From contig NC_134030.1 of the NCBI RefSeq assembly GCF_964204645.1, positions 12,297,947 to 12,361,946 on the forward strand: a stretch of DNA of 64,000 nucleotides, in the 5' to 3' direction. Position 1 is the stretch's first letter. Each line of letters starts with the position of its first letter. Positions 25,543 to 40,500 of this stretch are shown here, piece after piece. The DNA is from Tubulanus polymorphus (lineage: Eukaryota; Animalia; Nemertea). Both the position numbers and the translations under genes were made by a program. The notes beneath the pieces are model-generated. The model did no database searches and was not told the origin of the DNA. It was given only the letters and a program-made list of their open reading frames with translations.

Positions 25543-28500
25543 CTGGAAGATGAAAGACACATTGTAAGACAGAGAAATCTCATCAAAGCTGTCACACTGA
25601 ACAAATTAAACGATTACCTGTTTCTAATTCGCTTTGATCTTTGTCACTGATTAATGCTGCCTCTGCTTCTTGATTCTTATTGGCCTCAATTTCTTGTTTC
25701 TTGGTGGCTTCCTCAGCTTCAATCTGGGTTTTTTCTTCTTCTTCCTTTTGGTATAAAACTGAAACACAAGACAGCCAGGTCAAGTTTGTCTATATGCCAT
25801 AATTTGCAGTTGAATAAGTCTGCTACACACAAGCACTGCAATCAATTTTCTATTTCAAATTATTTCATGGGAAAGCATGTTATGAGAATATTTACAAACA
25901 GAACAAAAATAAAATTGAGAAGGCTTCATGAGGGCCAAAGAAAAACCAGAAGGCCGCTGCAAAAACCAAAATCATAGAACATGTCAACAGCTACGATTTT
26001 GTAATTGATTGTGATAACAAAATATGCCTCGTTACTAATTTAATAAGGAAATGCAGGAAATGCTAAGTTATTCTACTATTCAACGCCCCCTGGTGACCAT
26101 ATGCAAAACTCAATGACCTTGAAACTCACCACAATCATAGACCATGTCATGAACTACAACTTTGCAATTGATCATGGTAACAAAATATGCCTTGGTACCA
26201 ATCTAATAAGGAAATACTAAGTTATTCTACTATTCAACACTCCCTGGTGACTATATAGAATAACTAATGTCCTTAAAACTCGCCACAATCATAGATGATG
26301 TCATGAGCTAAACTTTGCAATTGATTGTGGTAACAACATATGCATAGGTACAAATATAATATAGAAATACTAAGTTATTGTATTATTCAACGCCCCCTGG
26401 TGGCCATATACAAGAACCAATGAACTTGAAACTCGCCACAATCATAGAACACGTTATAAGCTACAACTTTCCAATTGATTGTGGTAACACAATATGCTTA
26501 GGTATCAATATAATGTGGAAAAACTTTCTCCCACCTACAAATGAGTACTGATGACACCACGATGGCCGCCAATTGTGTCATAATTGGCTGATCAAAAATA
26601 CCTGTCTCAGGTATAAAAGATCACTTTTCAAAGAATACCCATCACAAATTGCAATGACAAATGGCAAACCAGTAGGAAGCTACAGAACTCAGAATTCGGG
26701 CCAAAATTGACATTTTGGGGCACTAAAAAAGTCATAGGACAGCCATCTTGAGTCCGTTCGACCCAATTTTTCTAAAACTGATGGGCCCTAGGGGGAATCA
26801 AATGTATACGAAACATCAAGGTAATTGATCAAGGCGTCTTCCAAATTTCCCTCAAAAGTGCTGATTTTGGCGAACAACAATGGCTGCCAGTCGGCCATCT
26901 TGATTCTGACAGGGCCAGTTTTTGGGACGAAGATGTGTCTATAGTAGATACATGTGTAACCCAAATATCAAGACATTACATTGAAGCGTCTTCAAAACTT
27001 CCCAAAATAACTGGACGTATCGACCCCACTCCGCGCGGTTGCGCCGCCGAGCGGGATTTATGCGAAGCAGCAGAACACAAACACGGCCACTCTCTCAATT
27101 TTCAATGATAGAAATCGTGTGTGCATTTCAATTATTTCGGCTGTTAGGGTTTTAAGGCACAATATAAGTTGATGATGTGATATGGCGATGTTAATTAATG
27201 ATAATTCCGCAGTGAAGCTAGTCATGAACGGTGCCGATTGAGTGTACAGCTGCCAAAAACACTGAAATGTGCGTAGTTGTGTAACTATTTGCAGTGAATT
27301 GCAGACGAAACATGAAGCCTTAACGGCCGTTTAAAAAAAAAATTATACCAATCGCAATTGTAAAATAAAAATGAGATAGAACCTAAGTTAAAATTCTGGC
27401 CATTTCTAAAATGTTATTAATTATTATTACTAATTTTAGTCAGTGCGGAACGTTTACTTTTCCAACAATAATGAGGGGTGGTAGGTAGTCATGCAAAGTC
27501 ATCATTTATTACACGTTACTTCCGTGTTGTTGAATATCTCGCGAGTCCTGGACTAAACCCCAATGAACAATGTGATCTGTGTGCTGGCCACAAATGCACA
27601 CAGATCACACTACCCTACCAATTACACACTCCAGTACCCAAAACTTTCATATATCCATCCAAATATTTAGTGGCTTTCTTCCTGGATTCCGTCTACGGAC
27701 GGACGGACGACAGACAAAAAGTGAAGGCAATAGCCCACTGGGACTAAAGTCCCAAGTGGGCTAAAAAGAATGAGGGTAAGGAACAACAATGGCTGCCAGT
27801 CGGTGATCTCGATTATGATCAGGCCAATTTTTCGGCTGAAGATGTATCTAGGGTAGCTTCATATATAAACCAAAGATCAAGACAATCCGATAAAGCGTCT
27901 TCAAAATTTCCCAAAATAACTGCATTCCATCTACGGATAGACAGATGGACAATGGACGAAAAGTAAACGTAATAGCCCCCTGGGACTTATGTCCCAAGCA
28001 GGCTAAATAGGAGCGGGCTGAGAATCGAGCCAGGGGGGGTTGGGAGACGCTTACGTCAAGAGAAAAGTGGAACAGAAACAATGTTGTTGAAGAAGACAAA
28101 ATGTTGCAATGAGATAGATAAGAAGAGACCCAGTGTTAGCACAGTGCTCTGACCATGATAGCCAATTATAACATCTCATAGCCCAACCTTTGCCTGGGAT
28201 TCCGTAGATTGCTGGATTCAAAGGATGGTTTTCAGAGACAAGACATCATTTATTTCTAGGATACAGTAAACTCTGCCTTGGATCGGGCCGAATCGTATAA
28301 CCGTTCAACTCGGTGCAATATAAAAAAGATTCTCAGCTTCCTATATAAAGTAATGCTTTCGTATTCACCTAAGCCGTAGCCGGTCAAGTCGGATAATCGC
28401 CTATCTCGTAGCAATATCTCAATCATTTTCGTTACTTACTGCGCCTAAGTCGTAGATTCTGAACGACCATTGGTCTAACCAGTATTACAGTATTCGGAAT

Positions 28501-31500
28501 TCTTGGGACTGCAAAATTTTTTCTGAGGTATGCGATTTCCGAGGTATATAAGGTCCGCAAATTTTGTCATAAAAAAGTTGTTGCTGACACGTGGGCTCAA
28601 ATTATCCTTCTTATACTAATCTATGTTGAATAAACATTGTATATGTACCATACAAATTTAAAAACACGTGGGTTGATGTGCAGTGACAAGTCTATAGCTC
28701 CGCCTACATCCATTCAATTGGCTATTCGTATTAAAGACAGCCGAGAACTAGCGCGACTGGCATGCTTCCAATTCTTACGAATATATCTATCGCAATACTC
28801 GTGGTAACATAGCACAGATGTTGATTCACGTCGCGTCCAAGAACAGGTATTGATTAATTTCATTAGTTTCAAGTTGTTATGCAGTAGGCTAGGGATGCGT
28901 TTTTGAAAAAATATTGTTGGGACGATGTTCAGAATTTCCGAGGTACACGATTTTAGGACTCAATTTATAAAAAAATCATTCTGAGGTATGCGATATTCCG
29001 ACGTATGCAACTCCGAGCTCCGATTTTGATTTGAGAAATAATTGCATTAAGAAAAATATTTTAGTTTTGTTCTGAGCTAAGCAATATTCCGAGGTGTATG
29101 ACTCCGAGGTATGCGGAGTCTACTGTATTTAACCCCCAGTGCATTCTGACAATTTATGACCGGACCAATAATGCTCGAAGGGCCGGCGCCGACGGTTGCA
29201 AACAGTAAATGAATTCTGCAGGAGGGTTCGAATCGCGGATAAATGACGCCTACAGCAGAACGACTGCTGGCATGCGAGGCCACACCCAGCATGTGAATGC
29301 GGCTACAGATTTAGATAGGGCCAATCGATCGTACATCAGACAGATGTTACAAGCCGAAAACAACCAAAAACTGAGGTTACTAATTCAAATAGTACACATT
29401 GGATTAGTGGTTATGTTTTTTTCTGCATATAACAGTTTTTACAGTGAATAAACCTTATATCAGCAACCATAGTCCTTAATAAATGAGTTCCAAAATATTA
29501 AAAAGAATTAGTCTTCCAAGTCAGATTCTGGCTATGTCGGACGAAATTATTGGGTACAAATTGATCCGACTTAGGTGGATTTTACTGTATTTAGTTTTTT
29601 GAAAAGTGGGTATGCATAACCTTACCCTAACCCTTATGCAAACCCCACAACTCATGAGCGTTAACCCTTAGTTTCTGCTACTGAAAAAGGTACCATTTTG
29701 TCAACTAACTCACCTTGGAACTAAGGAAGACCAACTCAGGTAACAATGCATGTAAATAACAGAGCAATTCTTTTTTACTTTAAAGGTTTTACTTTAGCAC
29801 AGACACTGAAGTTATCAAGTGGCTTTGGCCACGGTGAACTAAAACTCTACTCAACTACATATGATAAACTCAGGTTGATTAATTCCAGTTACCAGGGGAT
29901 ACCTAGACAAGGAGCCTATCGGCTCATATAGCTCCGCTGTGTGATTTGAAGAAATGGAAGCTGCATATCTAGGAGTAGATCTTTTGGCCAAATCCAAAAA
30001 GGGCTCTTGACTATGTAGGTATTGGTCCATAGAATATTCATACCAAATTTGGACTTGATCTGATTCAAACTGTAGGACTAATAGCTGTAGCAATTTGAGG
30101 AAATAGAAACTCCACCCCCAGGGGTGCCCCTGGTGGACAAATGAAAAAAATGGCTCTGTAACTTCATAGTCCGTGGTCCATAGAACATTCACACCAAATT
30201 TGGAATTAATCTGATTAAAACTGTAGGACAAGTAGCAATTTGAAGAAATAGAAACTCTACCCCCAGGGGCGCCCCTAGGGGACAAATAAAAAATCGCTCT
30301 CTAACTTTGTAGGCCTTGGTCCATAGAACATTCATACCAAATTTGGAATTGATCCGATTAAAACTGTAGGACAAGTAGCGATTTGAAGAAAAAGTTGACA
30401 GACGCACTAACGAACGAACAAACGCACGACAACGGCTCACCCCCTAACCCATTAGAGGTCACAGCGGAGCTAAAAAAGATGATGCAATACTGCACAGAGA
30501 CGTATCCAAGATCGCTTACTGACCATTTCAAAATGACGGCGCCTTTTCACCATCTTAACAGCTGCACCATGCAAATACTTAAAGTGATACACGTTGGATC
30601 AATTTTTTCTATCCGTGCCTGCTTCTGACTCATGGAAAAGCAGTTCCAGGAGATAATATACTGTCCATTGTTACTCAATTTTAGAGATTTAGGATTTCTT
30701 TTTAGTATTGTTGGCACTGTGGAATGAGCAGTCATAATGATTAGTGTAGTCACGTCACCTACCAGCTAATTCTTTACAAAACTTCTTGTGCATAAACCAA
30801 TGCAGTTTCTGACATCTTTGATCACAATAATGAACCTGCGAATCAAATACGAACAGCAAAACTTTAACAGAATTTATAAGCTTCTATCAACTGGATCTAG
30901 AATTCACTTGGAAGACCTTCTCTTTCCTTGCTTCTTAACTTGGTATCAAATGAACCTGTTATTTAGTCGTCCTGATTAAGGCGGAGTTACATGTATTTTT
31001 CTTGGAAATGATACAAAACCTAGATCATTGAATGGTGAATACAAATATGATTTGAAGCAATATTCACCTTCTTACAGTTTACACATCTTTTCTTAGCTCC
31101 ATTTGTCGCGCAAGTATCACAGTCATACTCATCATCTGGGTTACTCATAGGCCCATGCAAACTAACTCTAAATGTTTCCAGCGTAGAAGGGTAGGTACCC
31201 TAAAATATCATAGATGAGACACCCATTTAATAACAAACAAATGAACACTCATACGAATATACATGTACAAAGTTAACGCCAAATGAAACTTACTATCTTA
31301 CTTGAGGCTAACTGACGAATCAATTGCGCAAAGATATGAGAGTCAACATATGGATAAGACTTCAAGCATTCACGTATAATCTTATCTTGATTTTCTGGAT
31401 AACCATCACTGTCCCTTCCTCGTAACAAACTATAACAACAATCTATACACTTTTATCATTTTAAGTATTGAGGATCCTTTTCTTCAACGAATCCGAATTC

Positions 31501-34500
31501 AGCATCGGAACAACAAGCTTTCACCATTCTTTACCTTTTAATGAGTAGTTCTAACTTATTATCTCCGGAAATATATTTCGATTCTATTTTACGAACGATC
31601 TCAGCTAGATAATGCAGCTTGATGGAAAAACCTTCATTACACTGTTTGCTTTGAAATGCGTCAGATGAAATTAAGTCGAAAACCTTTGCTATCTTTTTAC
31701 AATTCATGAGAAGTCCTTCATTGTCAACCATGAACATGGCAATCTGAAAATACATTGTTGATAATTGTGATAATCTTGCTTACAGTTACCTAGGAAATGC
31801 ACTACCAGATGACCCATTCCTGTATTGAGCAGATGGAGTACCTTTACTGGATGTAAATTCCATGTGAGTATCGTTTTGTGCACTGCTGCGGCAATTTCTC
31901 GGGGAAGTTTTGGCTCTTTTTCAAAACCTGTTAAGCAAATATTACGTATGTCATCTCTATTTCATTGATAATGAAAAAAATCATGATTTAACTACCGGTA
32001 ATTTCGAAGCTAAAATTGTGCAGTTGCAAAATGTTTAAGTACAGCCATACAATAAAATCCAAAAAAGAAAACCCTAATTTAATCGTTGTTGCATCAAAAA
32101 ATTACATACCGTATTTTCCGGTGTTTAGGTCGAGTTTTTGAGACCAAAAATCATGTCCAAAAAACGGTAATAATGCCAGAGGTAAAAATGCCATAGGTAA
32201 TAATGCCAGGGATTATAAGCAGGGATGAGAACGCCGACCTGTAAAATCCGCGGGTTATTTTTCTCGAGTGACATACGAGAAGCAGATGACGGCGTAGCCG
32301 TCAGCACTAGCGAGCGCCGAAGGCGCGAAGCTATTTCGGGGGGGTTTGGGGGCCCTCCCCCAAGAAAATTTTAGAAATTAAATACGTTTTCCGAGCACTT
32401 AGAGCGATCCTCATTTGATGACATTCAGCATCTCATGCATTACGGGTCGAGCCCTGAATTATTGCAGTAAAAATGCGCCGATGAATGCTCACTAAAAATC
32501 ATCACCAAGTAGTGTATAATATCCGAAAGCGTTCGCCACACACACGCAGCAACAGTAAGTAGACCTATATACGTTACTACTGTTGCTGTGCGTGCGTGTC
32601 TGCAACCGATCGATAAAATACATAGGCTACACACTCATCGTAGTACAAATGTACATACAAAATCACTGTGTTGCAATGAATATGCATTGAAATGCGATAC
32701 TTTTACGTGACGATAAGTAAAACAGGCACTGAACGCTTTTACGGTTCACCTGATTACCGATCGCGCCGGACCAATTGAGTGAGATCATCAACCCCCCCCA
32801 TACTTTTACATCATTTTTGGACTATTTGGAAAATTGATATTTTTCAATACTGAAATCCGCGGGAAACCGCGGGGAATTCTCATCCCTGTATAAGAAACAA
32901 GCGTATCAAGACTTAAAACTATTCATCGAATTGTTGCTTTGATGTTATGAATTAGGCCTACAGCAAACTAACTCATCAAAAACTTTTTGATTTTATTTAT
33001 CATACCTATTATTTACCTAGAAATATGCTTTATCTGAACTATGCATTCAATATGTAAACTCTGTGCAAATTCAAATTAATGAATATTAACAAATGAATGC
33101 ACTGAGTTTACAAGATAAGCTGCGTTCACACAAGGATTTCAATACAGTACTAAGCGTTCACGCTTGGAAATGATTCAAGGCCTATTGTCGGCTTATTCAG
33201 TTCCGTACTGAAATACGCGGCTTATTTAGCACGGAATACGATTCCGCACCGAAAATCCGATCTCAGTACGGCACTGAGCTGGCCGCGTATTTTCTGTAGT
33301 GTGAACACAGATTTGGTGCTTAGCTAGCCGCGTATTTACACCCTCGTAGTACAAAACACTTTACACTAATTACACTCCCCTCTATTGGCACACTGGGTGA
33401 CTTCTATACTGGGCTTACTAAGTGCCGAATTGCGCCGACTCGTAGTGTGAACGTAACTGGCTGTGTAAGCGCCGTATTTTGGTGAATTCGGCACCAGCCA
33501 AGTATGGTACTTTGTAAGCACCGAATCTAGTGTGAACGCAGCTTTAGTTTGCTGTAATTCATAACATCAAAGCAACAATTCGGTGAATAGTTTATAAGTT
33601 TTGACTTGATACACTTGTTTCTTATAATAATTGAATCAATTTACCCTTCTGGCATTATTTCCTCTGGCGTTTTTACCTCTGGCATTTTTACTTCTGGCAT
33701 TATTACCTATGGCATTTTTTACCTCTGGCATTACTACCACGTACCGTTTCTTATAGTTTGGAAATGGTTCAAAATTAACTGATGTTAAAAATCAAATTAG
33801 AAAGAAAAGCGCGTGCCGGTGTATCATTGCACAGCATTTTATATGAGCCGCTGGCAGCGTGCCAATAATGAATAGGCCTACGTGTACAGCAGTCTAATAC
33901 TAGACTACAGGCGCAGCATTCAATGTGTACACAAACATTCAATATGTGGATACAATCAATGAGCACTAATCCGGTAATTTACTATCAGAAACAACAGATC
34001 CCAATGACTAATTGCAAACAGTGGTAAAGACTCTCAACTACAATGAGAATGACCATAGCACTGATTTCAAAAGTGTCTTATGTACACATGTGAAGAAGAG
34101 ACTCAACTTATACACCGACTATAGCCCTAGAACAACTTTTTAAACTGGAAATTTGACCTCGACTTATACACCGGGTCTACTTGTACACCAGAAAAAATGA
34201 TAGCCAATCACTTAAAAAGGAGCCCGAAAGAGGGCTGAAATTGATATTGTGAAAATAAATCCTGTCTCGTTTTTAGGTTTGTAAAGGGATACCAAATGAA
34301 CCGGTAAAATAGATAACAGGGACAATCCCTAATGCAACATTACATCACAAAAGAATGGATTCTCCCACATATGTTGCCAGCTATCATCATCATCAGACGG
34401 CTGTGGAGCAGGTGTCTGCAAGCTTCGACCAACCCTTTCTGTCCCCGACAAGGGCCGCGATGCTCCGTGGGAACAGGTGATTGTTGTAATCTCGTAACAG

Positions 34501-37500
34501 TTGCCGAATATAGTTCATGTAGGAGATGCGCTGTCTACTGGGACGGTGGCACGTAGAGGGTATATATTCTAGCTGGCTCCTCTTCTGGCAGGCGTAGAAT
34601 GTGGCAAAGGAATCTCAGCTGTCTAGATCAAACTTGCTCAATCAGCAGCCTGGATTTAGTCATCTACCTCATTAATCCGTCTATGGCGATCATCCCGCTT
34701 GTCTGTTTGAAAGGACTCATTCAACTGATTGTTAAGAGTTTTCCAGTTTTCCCTTGCTCTGGGTGTCAATGTGTTGCGGAATACTGTTTTTGCTTCATCC
34801 CTCTCTTCTTTCAGCCTAACCATGTCTGAGACCAAGTTTGGGAATCCACATGAAGGACGTTTACCAACGACCTTCTCGGCTACTTCATGAACGTTTTCAA
34901 ATTCTTCATACCTCTTGGTGATTCAGATTTTGTCAGCCTTCTGCAAAGCATTGAATCTATTAGACAGTTCAACCTGGAAATATTCTTTGATGACATGGTC
35001 CTGCAATCTGCACCAAAAGTTTGCATGCATCGCTTCAAGCGGGCGGATCTGAGACTAATCAAAAGCCTGATGGTAAGGATCCTGTGGTCAAAATTGAGCT
35101 CAAGGGAGTAATATGCTCCTCAGTTCCTTCCATTTGCTGTTAATCAGAACATGATCTATCTAATGGAGAGAACCAGACAGGTGTGCTCAGGTCCAGCATC
35201 TAGTGTTTGACTGTGGGAAACTCATTTGTGCGGGTCCCAGCTATAAACCAGTTAATGTCAAGAAAATATATGTCATCTACATGTTGTATTATAGGTATGT
35301 ACAGAGCAGTTCACCTACCCTGTGGAATGGTATAATAGTCAAGTTCCTCTCTAGAGAAGAAATTGTTTATCAAAGTGGCAACTCTGTGTTGTCCAACAAA
35401 TGCAGCCATTTGACCAGCAGTTCGATGAACTTTATTGGTCTCCGACTTGACAGCTCCAGCTTCTAATATTAGTGTCACAACATCTTCTTTACCTACAAGA
35501 AATTTACTATGCCTTGATTATCAATTCCAATCAACCGAACATTTCATCAGTATGAAATAATGATTTTCAGTACTAAACAGGTTGACTGATCCAGCAGTAA
35601 TTTGTATGTTATCACCATCACAAAAGAATGGGGGTCTGTAATAAAAAATTATTCTTTCACTCCTGCATATCTATGTCATGAGTCTTGTTCAGAATACACA
35701 CGTACATATTGAAATATGCAATATGTTAAAAAAGAATCGAAACTTTAATCCAATTGCCATCATACATAATCCAGCTCTAGGCCCTATATTGATCTAAATT
35801 AAAGTTGAGTTGTTTTGCATGCACGGTGTAGACCTGTGCTTTTTATTCTCCTTAGAGATGATTTTAAATCTAATCAATTTGTTAGCAAAATGAAACAATA
35901 GTAAGCCAGTACTCAAATAGCCATTTGAACATTTCTCTGCAATTCAACCATACCTCATGCCAACACCATTAGATTCTATGTAGAAGAATTAGGAATAATA
36001 AAGATTTAGGTGGTTTCAATTCAATGTAGTTAATAAAATAGCGATTCCCAGATTACTTTCTACCCACTTGCTACACACCCCTTCTAGCAGGTTTACACAT
36101 TCTGGAATAGGTAGAATGTATTCCAGTTAAAATGGAAGCACCAGAAGAGAACACCAATAATGGTATAGCAGGGATCATAATTGGCCGATTGTTATCACCA
36201 ACTTTAAAACACGACAGCCATTTTCATTGTTTGCCACCATTTACAGAGCTGCCAGTTGGTCGAGCCACCTATGACAGGTGTTTTATCTGTTGGTTTCAAG
36301 TCCCATAAATCCACGTTCTCATTTTACTGCAGTCAGTAGAACTCAGATATAGACCGTGTATCGATTTTCCGTTGTTTTAGAACGCTATGTTGTACTATTT
36401 ATAGCCGCAGTAGGCTATTGTGCAATATACCAGAGATCGACAAAACAATACTCCAAGACGCTTTTACGGTCCGATTGAGTTGTCGATGTCCATGACAAGA
36501 CCGATCCACAACCTACCCCCTCCCCCAATTATCTCATTGGATTAACACAGATCTCAGAACCTGGCCAGACAAAGAAAAAAATATAGGATTTCCGATAAAA
36601 ATCGGAAGATTATGATCCTTGTATATCCACTCATTTATTTTTTACATTCACATTGAATATCATGTCACTTACTGATAGATAAAAGCTGCATTATTTGGGG
36701 TGGGAGCACATTAACATGTTACCGAGAAGTCACTGACCAGAAGGGATGATCGTTTACCTGTAAGCGCTGCAAACATCAGTGTAGTATAACCGTGATCATG
36801 TTTATGTGAATTGACATCTGCTCCACGACGTAATAATAATTCACACAATGATTTGCAACCTCTGTATGCTGCATGTTGTAAAAAGGTCATTCCATTCTGA
36901 AAAGAAAAAACCAGTTAAGACTTTGATGAGGAACAACATGTCAATTGCATAGGTCATTTTATTTTCTAAAACACATGTCATGAAATATCAATCTCTAAAA
37001 GCTTGATAAAGTGAAGTGCAAGACAAGAGCTCCAAAGGGCACAATGGCCAGCCTGTCAGATTTGCTTTTTATAAATGATGTAATCTGTGGGTTATATTTA
37101 TCAATATACACTCCCTGCTCAATATCATTTACATAGTAAAATCGTGTGTTAACACAGACAGCAGGAACGAATGTAATATAGAAATACTAAGTTATTGTAT
37201 TGTTCAACGCCCCTGGTGGCCATATACAAAAACCAATGAGCTTGAAACTCACCAAGATCATAGACCATGTCATGAGCTACAACTTTCCAATTGATTGTGG
37301 TAGCAAAATATGCATAGGTACGAATGTAATATAGAAATACTAAGTTATTGTATTGTTCAACGCCCCCTGGTGGCCATAAACAAAAACCAATGAGCTTGAA
37401 ACTCATCTCGATCATAGAACATGTCATGAGCTACAACTTACCAATTAATTATAGTAGCAAAATATGCTTAAGTATCAATTATGATGTGGAAAAACTTTTT

Positions 37501-40500
37501 TTCCACCTACGAATGAGTACTGATGACCCCAAGATGGCCGCCAAGTGCGTCATAATTGCCTGGTCAAAAATACCCTCTCGGATATAAAAGATCCCATTCC
37601 AAAGAATACCCATTACAAATTGCAATGAAACATGGAACACCATTAGAAAGCTACAGTGCTCAGAATTCAGGCCAAAATTGACATTTTTGGGAACAAAAAA
37701 GGTTACAGTACGGCCATCTTGAGTCCGATCGACCCAATTTTTCTCATGCCGATGGGCCCTCGGGGGATACAAATATATACGAATGATCAAGGTTATTGAT
37801 AAAAGTGTCTTCAAAATTTCCCTCGAAAACTTCTAAAATGTGTAAAAAGTGCTGATTTTGGCGAACAACAATGGCTGCCAGTCGGCCATCTTGAATCTGA
37901 CAGGGCCAGTTTTTGGCCTGAAGATGTGTCTAGGGTAGATACACGTATAAACCAAATATCAAGACATTACCTTGAAGCGTCTTCAAAACTTTGGAACTCT
38001 CACGAACTATCTAGATGGTTATCTCTCGACCTAAATAGCTTCAAGACCCATCTCAAAACAACTTTGTTCCATGCAGCATACCATTAACTCTCGGAAAGCG
38101 AATTGTATTTAACATTTTTTGGCAGAATAAAATTTGATTGAATTTGCAATTCGGGCACATGGCTAATTAGCATATCAAGGTCATACACCCGATTTGGTAA
38201 AACCTTTTTTTTCGCGAACCTTGCGCAATTGTCAAGGATGAATTTTCTGTAGAGCAAATAAAAATTCCTCCCAAACACCAAATCAACTAAAGATTTCATA
38301 GAAATCGATCTTGAAATACAATTTTAAATCTTAAAATAAAACCCGGAAGTAAAACAGTAGACGATACCGCGGGTTCACGTGAACACCTGATTTCTGTAAA
38401 CGAAATGTTGGTTGTGACAAAATTGTTCAGACGGTTTTAGGTGGTAATAAGTACGGAAACGTAACGACCATGGTCGACTTATTCGATGAAATCAGGCCTA
38501 TGTGATATCCAAATTTTGACTTTTTTATTCTCCAGACCTCCCTGATATAGAAATAAAAAATTTTGGTGATACGAAAGTGCAATCACAGCGCCGACGGGGA
38601 CAGAGCCGTGTCAGAGATCGGCGGAGTGAAAATTGAGGTGGACGAACACGAAGAAGTAGGCTATTGCGCTACTTGAATCACGAAAACTCCTGGCGCGGCC
38701 CCGACGCTTTTCGTTGATTAAGTAATACAAATATCATGCAATGGGTTTTCACAATCTACCGCCGGTATTTACCGGATTTCAATATCACTCCAAAATTCAA
38801 AGAAACCTCGAAATATCGAACCGGAATACTTCCGGTAGATATCCGCGGCTGCCCAACCGGGAAACTTATTAGTTTCAATAGATATTGATAGGATCCATCA
38901 TCTTCACCCGTCAAGGGATTCGAACCCACTAAGCTAAAGCCATGCCAGAATCGGGTCGGGCCAATCACAGCGCTTGTAACAAACCACATTAGGCTTCTGT
39001 GGAATTTCCCAGTAAATGGGCCAATCAGCGAACACGTAGCGAACGCGGAAGTATTGTCGCGTGTTGATACATGAAGTCATGAGCAAAAGCGCCAGTAATG
39101 AAATCGCGATAATTCACGTGAACAGCTGCTGATATTTTCAGATAAACCAATCACAGGGAAGACACAACTTCCTGATTGGCTGATAAAAATTGAAATTTTC
39201 CCGATTTAACTTTCGTGAAAAATGCAGAAAACATTTTTATGAGACCCTATTTCAAAATTCTGCTCGCTACGATTCTGAGAATGGATTACGCTTAAATACG
39301 TGATTTGTTCGAATATGCCCTCACTTGGCAAGCAAAAGAGCCTTTTGTGTGGAAACCATGTCATTTAAATTCGCTCCATTTGTATAGTAATAGGCTCAGC
39401 CTACGGCTGGCCTAAAAATGAATAGCCACTGGCCAAGTTGTCTAGCTTCTTAACTCCTGCTAGCCTAGTCAAAATTATCTTTTTATCGATCTTAAAACCG
39501 GGAATTATCCCATTTATCAATTTGATTGATTTTATGATGAGTACAGACATTTTACAAAGTACTGACATAGATGGACGTTTGGTCGATTTTTTATATCATT
39601 TTTAATCTAAATCAAGTACTGGATATTCCGGTTCCTGTTGGCGTTAAAAATCTAACCAGCCTAAACAAGCAAATGACTTGTTGGGGTTAATCTTAGCGCA
39701 CATTTTAGCACATTCTAATTATTACAAAAACCATCCAGATTTATTTTTGGCGCCCTATGAGACGTAACCGTATAACTTCACTGAACATTCTCAATCCTTT
39801 ACTACTAGAAGATTCGTAAATGGTTGTAAAACATCATTGATATGTGTGCAGTAAAAATTGATTAATTGCCATTTAAAACTTGCAGCATTAACTTTATCTG
39901 ATAGGCTTTGATCAAGGCTATATATAATGGACCATTTGGCACGTAGTGGTTAAATTACACAAAACTATTTGAATGTGTATTGACACTGGTTACTGATCAG
40001 CAGCTGATAAGACTGGTCCCTGAGAAAAGATGAGCTGCCCTGGTGGCCAACTTTGATGTCCGACAACCTCCATCTTCTATTTTGGTCGATATCTCACCCG
40101 CCCAATCTTCACAACAAGTTTCATGAAAATCCCTCAAGAATTATAGGCTGTATCGAGCTAAGAAATTCAAGATGGCTGCCCTGGTGGCCATATTTGATGA
40201 CTAAAATCCCCTATCTTGAATAGGGGTAGACATATTACGTGCAGCAATCTTCCAAATGAGTTTCAAGAAAATCCATTCACCATTGGAGCCTGCATCATGC
40301 TAACAAGGTATCAAGGGGATGGCTGATGGCGAGCAATGAGTCAAATATAATGACAATTGGGGAGGGTGGAGACAATTAGTTTCGGAACACCAACAGTCTT
40401 CATTGGTAATTGTGAGCAAAAAGTGACCACATAAGTTTTACCTGTTTGGCAAGGGACAAATTTGGCCCAACCAAAAATGCCCGACCAGGCCAGCGTCAAA

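Larger units (their letters stand above)
32165..33746. mobile_element. Foldback MITE with 15-bp subrepeats (ggtaataatgccaga)
   Basis: Left arm 32165-32210 plus 32889-32955 is the reverse complement of 33555-33740. Confidence 0.7.
32110..34200. mobile_element. Tc2/pogo-like MITE hosting nested insertions
   Basis: ta|ccgtattttccggtgt...acaccagaaaaaatga; gtcgag/ctcgac subterminal motifs. Confidence 0.55.

Noticed and set aside
29851-30628. Overlapping ORFs up to 144 aa
   Set aside because: They are translations of HINE family 2 core repeats.
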